From Pinctada imbricata (lineage: Eukaryota), in NCBI GenBank assembly GCA_033119305.1, contig VSWD01000008.1:62132347-62196346 (forward strand): 64,000 nucleotides of DNA. The letters are read 5' to 3'. Each line of letters starts with the position of its first letter. Within the stretch, counting starts at the first letter, position 1. The position numbers and the translations under genes were made by a program. A model generated the notes under the pieces. It was not told the origin of the DNA, made no database searches, and was given only the letters and a program-made list of their open reading frames with translations. Positions 34,334 to 46,850 of the stretch are shown here, one piece after another.

Positions 34334-34604
34334 GTAAAACTTCTTTTCATTTTGAAACTAATAGTGTAATTTTGGATTTAAAAAAAATCAAACATCGCCA
34401 TGATTTAGTTTTTCATTGACAAGGTTATCGATCGCTATCATTTTGAATTTCCACATTTCCTTGAAGTTTTTTATGTGTACGACATATAGTAGATATATCA
34501 GAGCTTTAACTCATGTACAGGTTTGGTAAATTGTTAAAACAAATACATGTACATTAATTAGATACAGAGATTACCTGATTTTAGAAATTCCATAACTTTT
34601 ATAG

Positions 34605-34729
34605 GAGCTGAGGACATACAGGGGACATGCAGACCTTATTACAGGAGTATGCTTTGCTGGTAGATCTACATTATGTAGTGCTTCTCTAGATAACACCATC
34701 AGTGTATGGCATGTGGAAGATGGCCACAG
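34605..34729 (+). CDS. TEP1: TEP1-like exon 33 (WD40).
   Basis: Translation ELRTYRGHADLITGVCFAGRSTLCSASLDNTISVWHVEDGH. Donor AG|GTTGGT. Confidence 0.85.
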
Positions 34730-35313
34730 GTTGGTGATTTTAGAAATGACTTTTACTTGGTCTCTTGTTATTTTGTAAAAGAACAAGTTTATGAAAGGGA
34801 ATATTTTTCTGTCTCTCCTAATGCTAATTTGTATGAAATTGCTTGAATTGTAATCATGATATGTCACATGCATTGCTTAAGTTTTTAGTAGCAGCTTAAT
34901 GTATACTACATGTACATGTACTAGTATGTAGGAGTAGCAAACTTCAAATTGTTTCTGATAAAATAGCCAAGATTGCAACTACAGCGTGTCTGTTCTGATT
35001 TGCATTTAGTCACCCACCTAAACCATTGTTCAAAACTTGGGCAACTTTTCTGCCCAAGTAAATTGATGAAGTCAAAACATTGAATACAATCAAAGAGTGT
35101 GCTAAAACATCCGTATAACCTAGCTTGTTTAGAAGTATTTGCGATCTTCTGTATTGAAAAAGGATATAAATATATAATATGTATCTGCACTGTGTCAAAA
35201 TTTGCAACTAAAATGTTGATTAAAAAAAAGGATAAGAAAATATATGTACCCAGAAAATGATGATTTTCATTCACAGTAAATTTTAAGCATGGTCTTTGTT
35301 TTCATTTTGGCAG

Positions 35314-35463
35314 AATTCATTTACTGAAGAAGCACACAAGACGTGTTCAGTCATGTGCATCAGACCCTGCAGGGAGACAGGTGGCCTCGGCATCATGGGA
35401 TTGTTCTGTGATCGTATGGAACTTAGCTAAAGGGGAAAATGTGTGTGAGCTCAAAGTTGGAAG
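35314..35463 (+). CDS. TEP1: TEP1-like exon 34 (WD40).
   Basis: Translation (R)IHLLKKHTRRVQSCASDPAGRQVASASWDCSVIVWNLAKGENVCELKVG. Donor AG|GTAAGT. Confidence 0.85.
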
Positions 35464-35937
35464 GTAAGTCACATTGTGAATTGATACATACAAAAAATCA
35501 ATTACATGAAAATTTGAAAATTTATCTGTGTACATAGATTCGCCTCTACTAGGCAAATACTGTCCGAAAACATAGGCTTCATCTTGCTTTGTTCCTGGAA
35601 GGACATGTTTCCTATAATTACATGATACATTGTAATGCATTAAACTGCAATATATATTGCATTGAAGATGGTTTTTATGAGGTGAAAATTAATTTTTTTT
35701 TCATAGGGCTTTCATATTTTTGAAAAATGAGATTTATAAGGAAACAATTAATTCGTCCGTTAATGTTTATTAATACCATCTTTGACTGTATTTAACTCGA
35801 AAAAAAGTGAAGGATGAAATCAATTTCTACACATTTTTATTTTAATAGACATGAAAATTAGGTATACTTCATATTTAGTTGATAAAATTCTTACGTTTGA
35901 ATGAATTATTGAATATTTTGTTTTCTGTTGTATTCAG

Positions 35938-36043
35938 TCCAGTAAATAGTGTAGCTTTCCATCCAGAGGGTCAGCTTATCGTTACAGGAAGCTGGGATGC
36001 TACTATCAAAATATGGGATGTTTTCCATAAGACAAGAAAGGCC
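35938..36043 (+). CDS. TEP1: TEP1-like exon 35 (WD40).
   Basis: Translation (S)PVNSVAFHPEGQLIVTGSWDATIKIWDVFHKTRKA resembles human NCVAFHPEGQVIATGSWAGSISFF. Same frame as ORF-track ORF 35879..36073. Confidence 0.9.
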
Positions 36044-36227
36044 GTAAGTTATGCCTATGATAGTTGTCCGTAAGATATGTTGGAGTAACTTCTACCATCC
36101 TTTCCTATGTCAAATCACTAAAAACTTATTCTGATCTAAATGTTGTTGAATTCAAATGATTATGCTAGGTTTAAATGTTAATAAAGTGAATTTAGAATGA
36201 ATTTCATAAAATCATTCACCATATCAG

Positions 36228-36446
36228 GTTTTACGTGGACACTTGAGCTCAGTCCGTGATGTGACATACTCCCCCTCCGGTCGGCACATAGCTTCTGCGG
36301 CACTCGATGGTGAGGTAAAGCTATGGGCGGCATATAATGGCACACAGGTGGGAAACATCTCTGGCCACACTCTGCCAATCAACAAAATTCTGTTCACTCC
36401 AACTGGCAAAGAACTGGTTACAGTTAGTGACGATCACAAAGTCAAG
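36228..36446 (+). CDS. TEP1: TEP1-like exon 36 (WD40).
   Basis: Translation VLRGHLSSVRDVTYSPSGRHIASAALDGEVKLWAAYNGTQVGNISGHTLPINKILFTPTGKELVTVSDDHKVK. Same frame as ORF-track ORF 36243..36503. Confidence 0.85.
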
Positions 36447-36735
36447 GTAAGGAATTTGGTCTATGTACATGTTTGTATGAATTGTGTAAAATTAAGTATG
36501 TGATTTTAGAAGATGAGGGAATTTAAGTCATTCACATTTCTTTTGAAGGTAGCTTATGGAATGAATAGAAACATTTGAATATTTTTTTAAATGGAACTAT
36601 AATGCCATTTGAATGTTTCAGAAATATAAAGTGTACATTCATTATGATATCAGTTGAATTTTAATTATTTTACTTTACCTATACTTTTTGCCCTTTCTGT
36701 TTTTATGACACCAGAATCCATATTATTTATTGTAG

Positions 36736-36883
36736 GTTTGGTCAGGCCATCTTGGTAAGCCAATCAACAGCTTTGGTACAGAGGAGGATGGAGCAGCCAA
36801 ATCTGTGGCGCTATCACCAAACGGTGAAATCCTGGCTGTGGGATACCATGAGGGATTTATTAAGCTCTATGACACTCTTACAG
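36736..36883 (+). CDS. TEP1: TEP1-like exon 37 (WD40).
   Basis: Translation VWSGHLGKPINSFGTEEDGAAKSVALSPNGEILAVGYHEGFIKLYDTLT resembles human VQVWSGSLGRP...SVALSPDGDRVAVGYRADGIRIY. Confidence 0.9.
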
Positions 36884-37013
36884 GTAATTTTATAGTTCCA
36901 AGATAAATTGCAGGAAAAGAAGAAGTCTATTTTTCATACCTTATGGGGACTTTTACTGAGATTACTGATAATTTGAGAATCTGCCAAATGCACATGCATT
37001 AGTAGATATTTAA

Positions 37014-38572
37014 AAAAAATAGCAATCCAAGGAATGCTTATGTCGCCTGCGAAGCGGTTTGATTATTATTCTAGAAAGTGGATCAAAATTATTGGTATCA
37101 GTAGAAAAGTCTTTTCAAATGAAATTCATTTGAAATATCAGACCACTTAATTACAAATTAAAAGATGTGGTGATTCTCAAATTTTCAGAAAAGAGTGTCA
37201 ATCATCTAGGTCAAGGTCAATACGTAAAAATTGGTAACAAAAAGGTCTCATCATAAGAAATATTAAAGACCTATCACCTACTATACCAATTAAAAGATAT
37301 ATACAACCTTAGAAAAGTAGGTCAAATATCTAGGTCAAGGTCAAAAGGTTAAAAATTATGGTATGTGTAGAATGGCATTGTTAAAAGGAAAATACATGTG
37401 AAATATCAAAGCCCTATCACCTACCAATCAAAAGATATAGCCAATATTACTTTTCTTGAAAAGTAGATCAAATATCTAGGTCAAGTTCAAAAGGTCAAAT
37501 ATTATGGTCTGTGTAGAAAGGTCTTGTCACAAGGAATACTCATGTGAAATAACAAAGCCCTATCACTTACCAATCATAAGATATATCCATTCTTAATTTT
37601 TTGTGAAAAGAAGGTCAAATATGTAGGTCAAGGTCACAAGGTCAAAAACCATGGTATGTGTAGGAAGGTCTTGTCACAAGGAATACACATGTGAAATATC
37701 AAAGCCCTATCACTTACCAATCAAGAGATATAGCGAATCTTATCTTTTTTTCAAAAGATGGTCAAATATCTAGGGCAAGGTCACAAGGTCAAAAATTATG
37801 GTATGTGTAGAAAGGTCTTGCCACAAGGATTGCACATGTGAAATATCAAAGTCCTAACACTTACCAATCAAAAGATATAATCATTCTTAATTTTTTTGAA
37901 AAGTAGGTCAAATATCTAGGTCAAGGTCACTAGGTCAAAAATTATGGTACGTGTAAGAAGGTCTTGTCACAAGGAATACACATGTGAAATACCAAAGCCC
38001 TATCACTTACCAATCATAAGATATATCCATTCTTATTTTTTGTTAAAAGTAGGTCAAATATGTAGGTCAAGGTCAATAGGTCAAAAACCATGGTATGTGT
38101 AGGAAGGTCTTGTCACAAGGAATACACATGTGAAATATCAAAGCTCTATCACTAACCAATCAAAAGATATAGCGAATCTTATCTTTTTTTCAAAAGTAGG
38201 TCAAATATCTAGGTCAAGGTCACAAGGTCAAAAATTATGGTATGTGTAGAAAGGTCTTGCCACAAGGATTGCACATGTGAAATATCAAAGTCCTAATACT
38301 TACCAATCAAAAGATATATCCATTCTTTATTTTTTTTTGAAAAGTAGGTCAAATTTCTAGGTCAAGGTCACTAGGTCAAAAATTATGGTATGTGTAAGAA
38401 GGTCTTGTCACAAGGAATACACATGTGAAATATCAAAGCCCTATCACTTACCAATCAAAAGTTATGGGCTGTGACACCCAAAGTGTGACAGACAGACAGA
38501 CAGACGGACGGACAGACGGACAACGGACAAAGTGATCCCTAAGTGTCGCTATGCTTCACAGGCGACACAAAA
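37014..38572 (-). mobile_element. Pearl-like MITE, copy B, in TEP1 intron 37, in inverted orientation relative to copy A.
   Basis: The start AGCAATCCAAGGAATGCTTATGTCGCCTGCGAAGCGGTTTGATTATTATTCTAGAAAGTGGATC is the reverse complement of the copy A tail. About 8 ~160-bp repeats are present in reverse orientation. The end reads ...gtgacagacagacagacagacggacgg...aagtgtcgctatgcttcacaggcgacacaa. Confidence 0.7.
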
Positions 38573-39218
38573 AGTGTCTGCTGCATTATTTGTGTATATG
38601 ACATGTGTATCTTGAAAGTACATGTAATAGATAATTTTTAGGAAAAATAACATGATAAAGAATAGAAGTTCTACATAGATATACATGTAGGTTATTCTAG
38701 TTTACTCAAACTCGGTTACATGTGACTCAAATTTCTGCATAACTTGAACTGTCCTTATTCTGTTCCATTGGTTTCTATGCTCTTTGACTCCTGATAACTT
38801 GAATTTCCATAATTCAAATTTTTTGTTAATTCCAACTAATTTCTAGGTCCCTTTAATCATATTTTTTTTTCTAATTTACCCTGATAAGTCGAACCAGTAA
38901 TAAAAGATACGTGTTAACCAAACATTAATTAATACAAGAGAAATTAATGGGAGGATGATTAATATATCTTCGTGTTATTTAGTTTCATATGAATGTATCT
39001 GAGTTAGCTAGATTGTTAACAGTAGACAAAACATACATATCTGAATGTAATGTACAATTTCTGAATGTAATAGAGAAAGGGGGAAAGTCTAAAATTGATC
39101 TTTGGTCATGTATTTAGTAAGTCTAACTCCTAAAAAGTCAAACTATTTCTGACATTCTCTTGAGGTTTGACTTATTGAGAGTGGACTGTAATTCATACAA
39201 TGAAATATTTTTCTGTAG

Positions 39219-39325
39219 GTTTTAAGCTAGTTCGGGTAGATGCCTTTGAGTCCTCTGTGAACTGCTTGACGTTTATGTATGATGGCGCCATCCTTATAGC
39301 ATCCACTGCAGCAGGGCAATGTCAG
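39219..39325 (+). CDS. TEP1: TEP1-like exon 38 (WD40).
   Basis: Translation (G)FKLVRVDAFESSVNCLTFMYDGAILIASTAAGQCQ. Acceptor TTCTGTAG| and donor CAG|GTAAAT. Confidence 0.75.
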
Positions 39326-39807
39326 GTAAATATATATGATTACTAAACAAGTCTTACTGAAGTAGATTTAGAACATGTACATGTACATGTATTTCCTTAG
39401 ATCTATGAACATATAAGAGAAATATCTGTGCAGTGGTAAGCATTTGGACCCGTAGGTCATAGGTTTGAATCTTATCACTGCCTAGCAATGTAATACCATT
39501 TTGACCTTTGTCAGATTGCTTAATTTTGTAAATAAACTCTCTCCAGGTAGTAGTATCCCAGTCAATTAACACATGAATTACTACTGTCCGTGGGGCTCAC
39601 TTCAGAAACTGGATAAACACGATTATAAGTACTTTATTATAACTAAACAAATCTATTAAACTGTATCAATTTCATCAAAAGTTTTACGTGATAAAGTGGT
39701 CAAAATTGTGTTTATCCAGTCTCCAAAGTAAATCGCACAGACAGTATTATCAAGTAGTGAAGCTGGCAATGGGAATAATAAGCGAAGCATGATTTGTTTA
39801 TGTTTAG

Positions 39808-39968
39808 GCGTTCAGAGCTAACAACCAATGTAAGAAGATAGCCGAGTACGGTTATAATACCAAGGCTATCCTGTGCTCAGCCGTAACACGGAGCTACCTA
39901 GCTATAGGCATGGAGGACTGTAGTGCTCAGATATTTGTAATACCAAAAGACCACGCTTCTTTACAACA
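39808..39968 (+). CDS. TEP1: TEP1-like exon 39 (WD40).
   Basis: Translation AFRANNQCKKIAEYGYNTKAILCSAVTRSYLAIGMEDCSAQIFVIPKDHASLQ. Donor CA|GTGAGT, phase 2. Confidence 0.7.
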
Positions 39969-41427
39969 GTGAGTTGGTATCTTAATGTAAATAAAGTCCT
40001 TACAAACAGTTTGCTATAATCGATTTGTACAGCATGACACTGAATTAGAGTTTTGTATTTTAAGTCATTTACATTTGGAAATTCAAACACTTATTTTTTT
40101 AATATTTTGTACATTTAAAAAATATTTTCTAGCCTCTTTTTCAAAACTGTAGTAAAAAAATGTAATTTGAAGTATTCTTGCATTCTACGCAACTGCAAAG
40201 GAGCTCGAACGATTTGTATGGAATTCTGCCCAGTTGGGACCAAAAATTTTTTTTTTCTCATTAAGAGAAATTAAAACTCTGAATTCGGTAAGAATTTTGC
40301 TGAATTTTATGAAAATAGTAATATCTTAAACATGCGACCTATATTTTGTGTATAATTTGGGTTAAAACAGTCAATTTTAACACTAGAGCCAATGGAAACT
40401 TGAAAAGTTTTTTAGAGTATTGTTCCCCACCTTGCTACGTATATATACAGGATTTCCTTTTAATAGAAACTTAAGTTTGACAAGATCTACCAGCATGACA
40501 AGTAAGATCCTGTAGCAAGGTGTGGAATGATGTCAACCAGGAGACCGAAATATAAAAAAAAGGGGAGGGGTTGAAAAGGCTCGAAATCTTGAGTTATTAT
40601 ACATAAATCTATCACGTTTTCTTTCGATGGGTTTAGAGTGAAGATACTTTGCAATTATATAAAATATGATAATAACTTTTATGATGTCATTTAATTGGTT
40701 TGGGTGAGTAGTAAACATTTTGCGACTACATTTTTTTCTTTTGAGATATTCATTCAAACACTTCCAACAAAGACCACTGTTCTCGATTATATTTTATTTT
40801 CCTTTATTTATCAAACACTCTATTATTTGTTTTTACGAATAACCACAAAAAAATATTTTTTTCCGATAGTTTTTCGCTAATCTTTTCGTAATGTAAACGC
40901 ACTAAGCGCATTTATCCATTGTGAACAATTGGGGGTATAGTGATGAACCAAAAATGTAGTTCTGAATACGGAAAAGAAATACTAGTTTTTGAAGGAGAAC
41001 AATAATTCTACCGTTTATTAAATCACTAAATGTATGATAACTTAATATAACTCAGAGTAAAAGGATTTTCTCATTTTCATCTCATGTTATTGAATATTAT
41101 AAGGTAATACCACTGACTCTAAATGGTGGACCCCATGTTGCTTCGATTTTGAATAAATGCCTAGTTGGTGATGTAAATGATAAACATTTGAGTAAATATT
41201 ATATATTTTAAGTTTTTCTATCTATAGATATATATTTTATACATAAGAATAGTTTTAGTAACCCTGGAGGAGATTTTGTTATCTGGGCGGATTTCCCGCC
41301 AATTCGTGCGAGGTCCTTTGATGTGTTTAAGAATTGTTTACAAAAAGTTTAATTATGTACATGTACCAAAAGATAATTCCAAGTGTGTTACCGATGTTAA
41401 TAAATGTATTTGTACTTTTGCTTCCAG

Positions 41428-41536
41428 GAAAAACCCAGCAAAAGCAGACGTGACACTAAGGGGACAGGTTGGACCTATAAGCAGTGTGACATTTAGCCCT
41501 GATGCTTCTAAACTGGCCACAGCAAGCAGGGACTCT
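41428..41536 (+). CDS. TEP1: TEP1-like exon 40 (WD40).
   Basis: Translation (Q)KNPAKADVTLRGQVGPISSVTFSPDASKLATASRDS resembles human TELRGHEGPVSCCSFSTDGGSLATGGRDRS. Same frame as ORF-track ORF 41276..41599. Confidence 0.85.
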
Positions 41537-42212
41537 GTGAGTAATATGTGTGCCAAAATATTTTACTTGCAGTATATTACTTTGCAAAAGAGAGAGTGAA
41601 AGTACATCAAACTTTATATTGATGAAAATAAGTATGATCATGTACATGTATCTCTTTTTATCACAAAATTAAAGGATCTATAAGAATCAGACGTAAGATC
41701 TGTCCTGAAAGATGTTGAAGTTTCAGAATGCAAAATTAGAGAAATTTTTTTTTATAGAAGTGTCGGCTAACTTGGTCCAAATCTGAATCTATTATTAGGT
41801 TGGATATACATGTACTTTTATTATTCATAATTTGACTTATATTTTGTTAAATCTAGCATTTTCCTGTAGAAATCAATGGAAAATGCAAAAAGTTATTTTC
41901 AAACATTGTCCCCCCCCCCTTTAGTTACAGAAGTCTACTTTCACCAAAGCCAGTTACAATGGGCACAATGTCCCACAGGCAAAAAAATGAATAAAGGGGA
42001 GATGGTCTATTAATTAAGAATCAGCCTTTAAAGTGCTTAGATGCAAGTTGTTGATTTCTTCTTTATACATGTATCTAATGAAATAGACTATTCTGAGTAT
42101 AAACCTATGAAATGTAATCAGTTACATTTGCACTCATATAAAATAATTTATAAATGAACATATCACTTTTCCTTCATGTTAAGTTAGCACCTTAACTTTT
42201 ATTTTTTATCAG

Positions 42213-42338
42213 TCTGTGTACATATGGGACATATATGGCAGTATGATTGGTTCTAACCCAGAGCCTATAACTAAGCTTCATGCATGTCACAAAGACTGGA
42301 TCACAGATTGTAAATGGTCAAATACTGGGGAATATCTG
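42213..42338 (+). CDS. TEP1: TEP1-like exon 41 (WD40).
   Basis: Translation SVYIWDIYGSMIGSNPEPITKLHACHKDWITDCKWSNTGEYL resembles human SLLCWDVRTPKTPVLIHSFPACHRDWVTGCAWTKDNLL. Confidence 0.9.
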
Positions 42339-42414
42339 GTAAGATATATTGTCTTAAAATTTGTTAAATTAAAAGAAAAAATGAACTGAAATATTTAGAT
42401 AGAACTATAAAGCC

Positions 42415-43306
42415 GGGCTTCCACTGTCACGAATGTAGAGGAGAATGAGCTATGATAATTCGTGTCACATTCATGTCTGTTGTCATGAAATATTTCTTTG
42501 CGCCATTGGCACACGACAACACCACGCATAAGAACAAAAATATGCTACGAGTCCGCTACATTAGTGAGGCGAGTGTGATAAGAATAGAGAAGAATGCAAC
42601 ACAAATGTGCCATGTTAAAAAGACACTGAGATGAATGAGAGGGGAATGCAGGAGATTGAGACACGACTTTAACCTGATAGTGCTTCAATCTTGACAAGAA
42701 TGTGACAAGAACAAAACCAAAATTATTTGAAATATCCAGGAGCATCAATACCCTTGGTTGACTTTGACTTCTTTCCAGGTTGTTTTCTCCTTGGAGGCAT
42801 TGTCAAAGTTTTCAAAATATTGATTTACACACTTTTACATCAACCCTGAGATTATAATTCTTGTCACTGTCGTGTGTGTATGTAGTACTATAGTGGCAAT
42901 ATCATGTCAAGATCACGGCTGATTTGCATTGGTTTCTTTCTTTTGCTTCAAATTCTTGGTGCATTCGCATCACATCTGTGTCAGATTCTTTCTTGTCAGG
43001 GTTCTATCTAGGCTCATTCTCCTCCACATTGGGAACAAGAGTGCACGCGAATGTGAGAACACGATGCGAATGGAGGGGAATGCAATGTGAATGCACTGCG
43101 CATGTGCCGCGAGTGTGAAAAAATTCAGACGTGAATGTGTTAAACAGTTTGAAACATTTGCGTCGGTGCCGCAAACAGAAGAGAATACAGGAGAATATGA
43201 CATGATGAAACAAGAATGCCTATGATTGAGAGGAGAATGCACTATGATTAAACAAAATCACCTTATCATAGCTCTATGGCCTCTGCATTTGTGACAGTGG
43301 AAACCC
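42415..43306. mobile_element. Non-autonomous TIR element (~890 bp) in TEP1 intron 41.
   Basis: Left end GGGCTTCCACTGTCACGAATGTAGAGGAGAATGAGCTATGATAA. Right end TTATCATAGCTCTATGGCCTCTGCATTTGTGACAGTGGAAACCC. These form ~44-bp imperfect TIRs. The interior is rich in GAATGC and GAGAATG sub-repeats. Confidence 0.6.
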
Positions 43307-43397
43307 AGCTTTAGCAACGCTTTCAAAGAGTCATCTCATTCACAGTTCTTTCTAAGTAGATGGTTTTATAATTATTTTCTCATGTCTACTTTTACAG

Positions 43398-43505
43398 GTA
43401 ACATCATCAACAGACTTCAACCTGAAAATATGGGATATAAAAACGGGATCAGAAAAAACAAGGTTGACTGGACATATGGCATCTATAAACCATATTGCCT
43501 ACAGT
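43398..43505 (+). CDS. TEP1: TEP1-like exon 42 (WD40).
   Basis: Translation VTSSTDFNLKIWDIKTGSEKTRLTGHMASINHIAYS resembles human ISCSSDGSVGLWDPESGQRLGQFLGHQSAVSAV. Donor AGT|GTGAGT. Confidence 0.8.
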
Positions 43506-43855
43506 GTGAGTTTTAAGCATGAGTCTGTAGAACATTTCTCACAAAAAAGAGACGAGTTATGTATAATACTTTTCTAGTGCTTAACAGTATCTTTGATCAG
43601 ACAAATCTGTTACAAACTTAGCTGGATTTTCATCAAGAGCCAAATGTTGCTGTTGGTTTTCTGTAGTATATTAAGATTTCTTTCAAATAATGATTTTCAA
43701 CTTCTTTTGGATTCAACCCGTATTTCAAGGGTAACTGAGGACCCTAACATAGTATGAAAAATCTTTTTTCATTAAAGACATTAATGCAATTATTGTGTAC
43801 TTGAGAATTTAGAGGAATCAATAGCAAATGAATGTTGAAATATTATTTTGTGCAG

Positions 43856-44006
43856 TATGGCTGTATAGTGTCAACATGCAGTGACGGATCGGTGAAAATT
43901 TGGTCTCACAAAGGAACGGAGATAACGACTCTATATGGTCACTCACAGTGTGCTAATGGCTGTGATCTTCTAGTCAGGGTATCGAAGGAATCAGAGGTAG
44001 AAAAAG
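43856..44006 (+). CDS. TEP1: TEP1-like exon 43 (WD40).
   Basis: Translation YGCIVSTCSDGSVKIWSHKGTEITTLYGHSQCANGCDLLVRVSKESEVEK resembles human VVSVSRDGTLKVWDHQGVELTSIPAHSGPIS. Same frame as ORF-track ORF 43832..44017. Confidence 0.85.
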
Positions 44007-44628
44007 GTAGGCTATAGAGATTATTATATGTATGCGAGTTGTAGCCTTTTGAGCTTCAGTACATTGCAGGTTCTGACTAGCATGTGAGTGAGTATGATAT
44101 ATACGTGTATCCCGATGAAACAAGGGATGTACTGTTCCTTCTGCTGGATTTAAACATACGCTTGTGTGTCGTAGTCACTTGTACTTTTTTCGGCTGTTTA
44201 TTTCTTTTTTCCAAGTGACTCGCATTCGCCCTTTACTGGATGGATCCGACATTAACTGAATAGTGAACATGGTTGTTTTTTACCCCTTTTGTGCTTTATG
44301 TATAAAGTTCATGTTATATACAAGTATGTGTTTGTAGATGCCTGTGGATTTGTGTTATTTGTGCACAAGTGATTGCTCTTTAATCTCTCACAGCAGCATA
44401 GATTTCATTTACCAAGAATTCTTAATTTAAAATGCCTGTAAAAATTTAACTTCAAATCAGAATTTCATTTGATTGATTATCATTACTATGCAAATCAGCA
44501 AAAGTCATGTACATATTTTACAATTTATTCTGTCAGTAAGGGCCTCATAATAGGATTGTTGAAGAAACTTGAGTGTTTTAGTGTAGATTTACATACCTGT
44601 ATTATATTGTATTGATTGATGATTACAG

Positions 44629-44774
44629 AACCAGACTTGTCTGATTGGAGTGCCGAACCAGACCAAACTGAAGAAAAATCTGCTAAGGAATCTAAAAAAC
44701 AAATAAAAGTAGAAGACGTGATTGTTGCCACTTGTAGTGATGATGGTACAGCCAGGCTATGGAGACCATTACAG
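44629..44774 (+). CDS. TEP1: TEP1-like exon 44 (WD40).
   Basis: Translation (E)PDLSDWSAEPDQTEEKSAKESKKQIKVEDVIVATCSDDGTARLWRPLQ resembles human LVVTVGLDGATRLWHPLL. Same frame as ORF-track ORF 44616..44822. Confidence 0.85.
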
Positions 44775-45153
44775 GTAAATTGTTTTGAACTACATACATA
44801 CCACACCTATAAGGTTGATTGAGGTATAGATTATACTTAAGGTATTATATGTATTTTAAGCTTCCTGTTTGTTTTGACTATGAAAGATATATATTTCCAA
44901 TAACGGCAGATATATAAGCTGATGTTGCACAAAGTTTGGGTCACTAGTCTTATATGCCATGTTGAATGACAAATGATAGAAATGTCAAAAAGCAAAGAAT
45001 ACTTCACATGTGCTATTACCTTATCAATAAAACTACTGGTTTTGTGCTATAATCCTTATTCATCTAATACCTTAATTTTTAAGTTTAACTTTCAGTCAGA
45101 CATGGTGATCCCTAACTTTAGTATGTGTGGCTTATTTCTATATGTCCTTTTAG

Positions 45154-45365
45154 GCAAATGAGCTTGCTAACCTGACAGGTCATTCAGACAGAGTGATCAG
45201 TGTTGCTGCTGATACACATGGTAATATCTGTACAACATCTCTGGATAAGTCAGTCAAACTATGGAAGCCTGAACTCAAACCAGACAGAACCCAACACGGT
45301 CATAACGCAGAAATCACATTCTGTGTATGCTCACCACATAAAGATGTACTTCTCACTGGAAGCAG
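45154..45365 (+). CDS. TEP1: TEP1-like exon 45 (WD40).
   Basis: Translation ANELANLTGHSDRVISVAADTHGNICTTSLDKSVKLWKPELKPDRTQHGHNAEITFCVCSPHKDVLLTGS resembles human QTHTLLGHSGPVRAAAVSETSGLMLTASEDGSVRLWQVPKE. Confidence 0.85.
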
Positions 45366-45564
45366 GTAAGTTAGATGAATATTCAGGAAGATGTTTTATT
45401 CACATATGAAGCATAATATATATAAAGGGAGATGTGATGAAGCATAACATAACATATAAAAAATTATCTCAGAAAACTTTATGATTTTTAATGAATGTCT
45501 TAACTTATTCTTCTTGTATGAAAAATTTTCGAAGGATTTTGATACAACTTTTTGTGTGATACAG

Positions 45565-45756
45565 GGATGGAGTGCTGAAGATCTGGGACTTGGTTAGTCC
45601 AGAGATGGCTTCATTAGAGGTTAAGGCACATACCAAGTCGATAAATACAGCATGCTTCCTGGAAGCCTTTGCTAAGGTGTTCACCATTGTCACAGGTGGC
45701 AATGACTGTAAGATCATCTATTGGAACTTCAGTGTGATACAAGGACAGTTCAAAAG
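45565..45756 (+). CDS. TEP1: TEP1-like exon 46 (WD40).
   Basis: Translation (R)DGVLKIWDLVSPEMASLEVKAHTKSINTACFLEAFAKVFTIVTGGNDCKIIYWNFSVIQGQFK. Same frame as ORF-track ORF 45572..45850. Donor AAAAG|GTTTGT. Confidence 0.8.
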
Positions 45757-46850
45757 GTTTGTGAAAAATACTTGCTACACATTATTTACTAATTTACAAC
45801 TAGTTGAATTCTTTTGCAAATCTAAAGTTGTAATTCTTAGTAGATTCTGAAATTATTTAGCGTAGGTTCACGTAAGAATCAGTCAGGGTGATACATCAAA
45901 TTTTCTGCAAAACTTTTTTCTTTGTTTTGAGACATGCATGTGTATGTGGTAGATGTAACTCACTGATAGGGAACTATTAAAAAGGAACATATTGCATTTC
46001 GCATGTAAATGCTCTTGACGTCACAATGCATAAGATCTAAATAATTATGCCGTGACGGCTGTTCTAACCTGTGGTGTCCTGTATTTTAACGTCACCTTTT
46101 TACCAAGAAAAATGTGATTTTAGGAAACAAGAATGAAACAGATAACTTATATAGAATAAATGTCATAATTTGTGTTGTATGGGTATGCAACACACAGCAA
46201 GTGCATTTATGGCATGAAATGAGCTAACACATGTTACATGTACAATAAATGCACTTGTTTTGTGTTTCATACCCTCAACAAAACACACATTAAGACACTT
46301 ATTCTCTATGTGAAATTCATTGCCTAGGTAGCAATGGTAAAGCAAGATATTGAAAGGATTAATTATGAAGGAAAAAAATGGTGGGAAAATTTCTGTATAT
46401 AATTTAACCAAGTTTAGTGCCCTTATAACTTTTTTCACCATCCAAGTATGTAGAAAATTTCTTCCGAATATATGTTTTGGGGTTGAACTGAGCACATTTC
46501 AAAAGAGAAAAGTTTTGCAAAAATATGAAGGTATTTCACCTGCCTGATTCTTACACAGACCTATACTTAACATATGTAGATTTGGTCTTCTCCAAAGAAG
46601 AGTTACGTTATAGTTAATGATTAAAATTGGATGTACATGTAATGTTATCAAAGTCTATGGGAAATGTTGTAATATACAGGGAAATGGTTATAAATAATAT
46701 TTCAAGAAAACAAATGACATCTGCCATAAATATATGACATTGACACTCCTTTGTTGTTGACATTTTCTGTGCATTAGTTTTGCCAGAAAACCTGTATTTA
46801 ATTTTAATTGTAGCAAATTCTAAAAATGAACAATTCATTTTTCATTGTAG

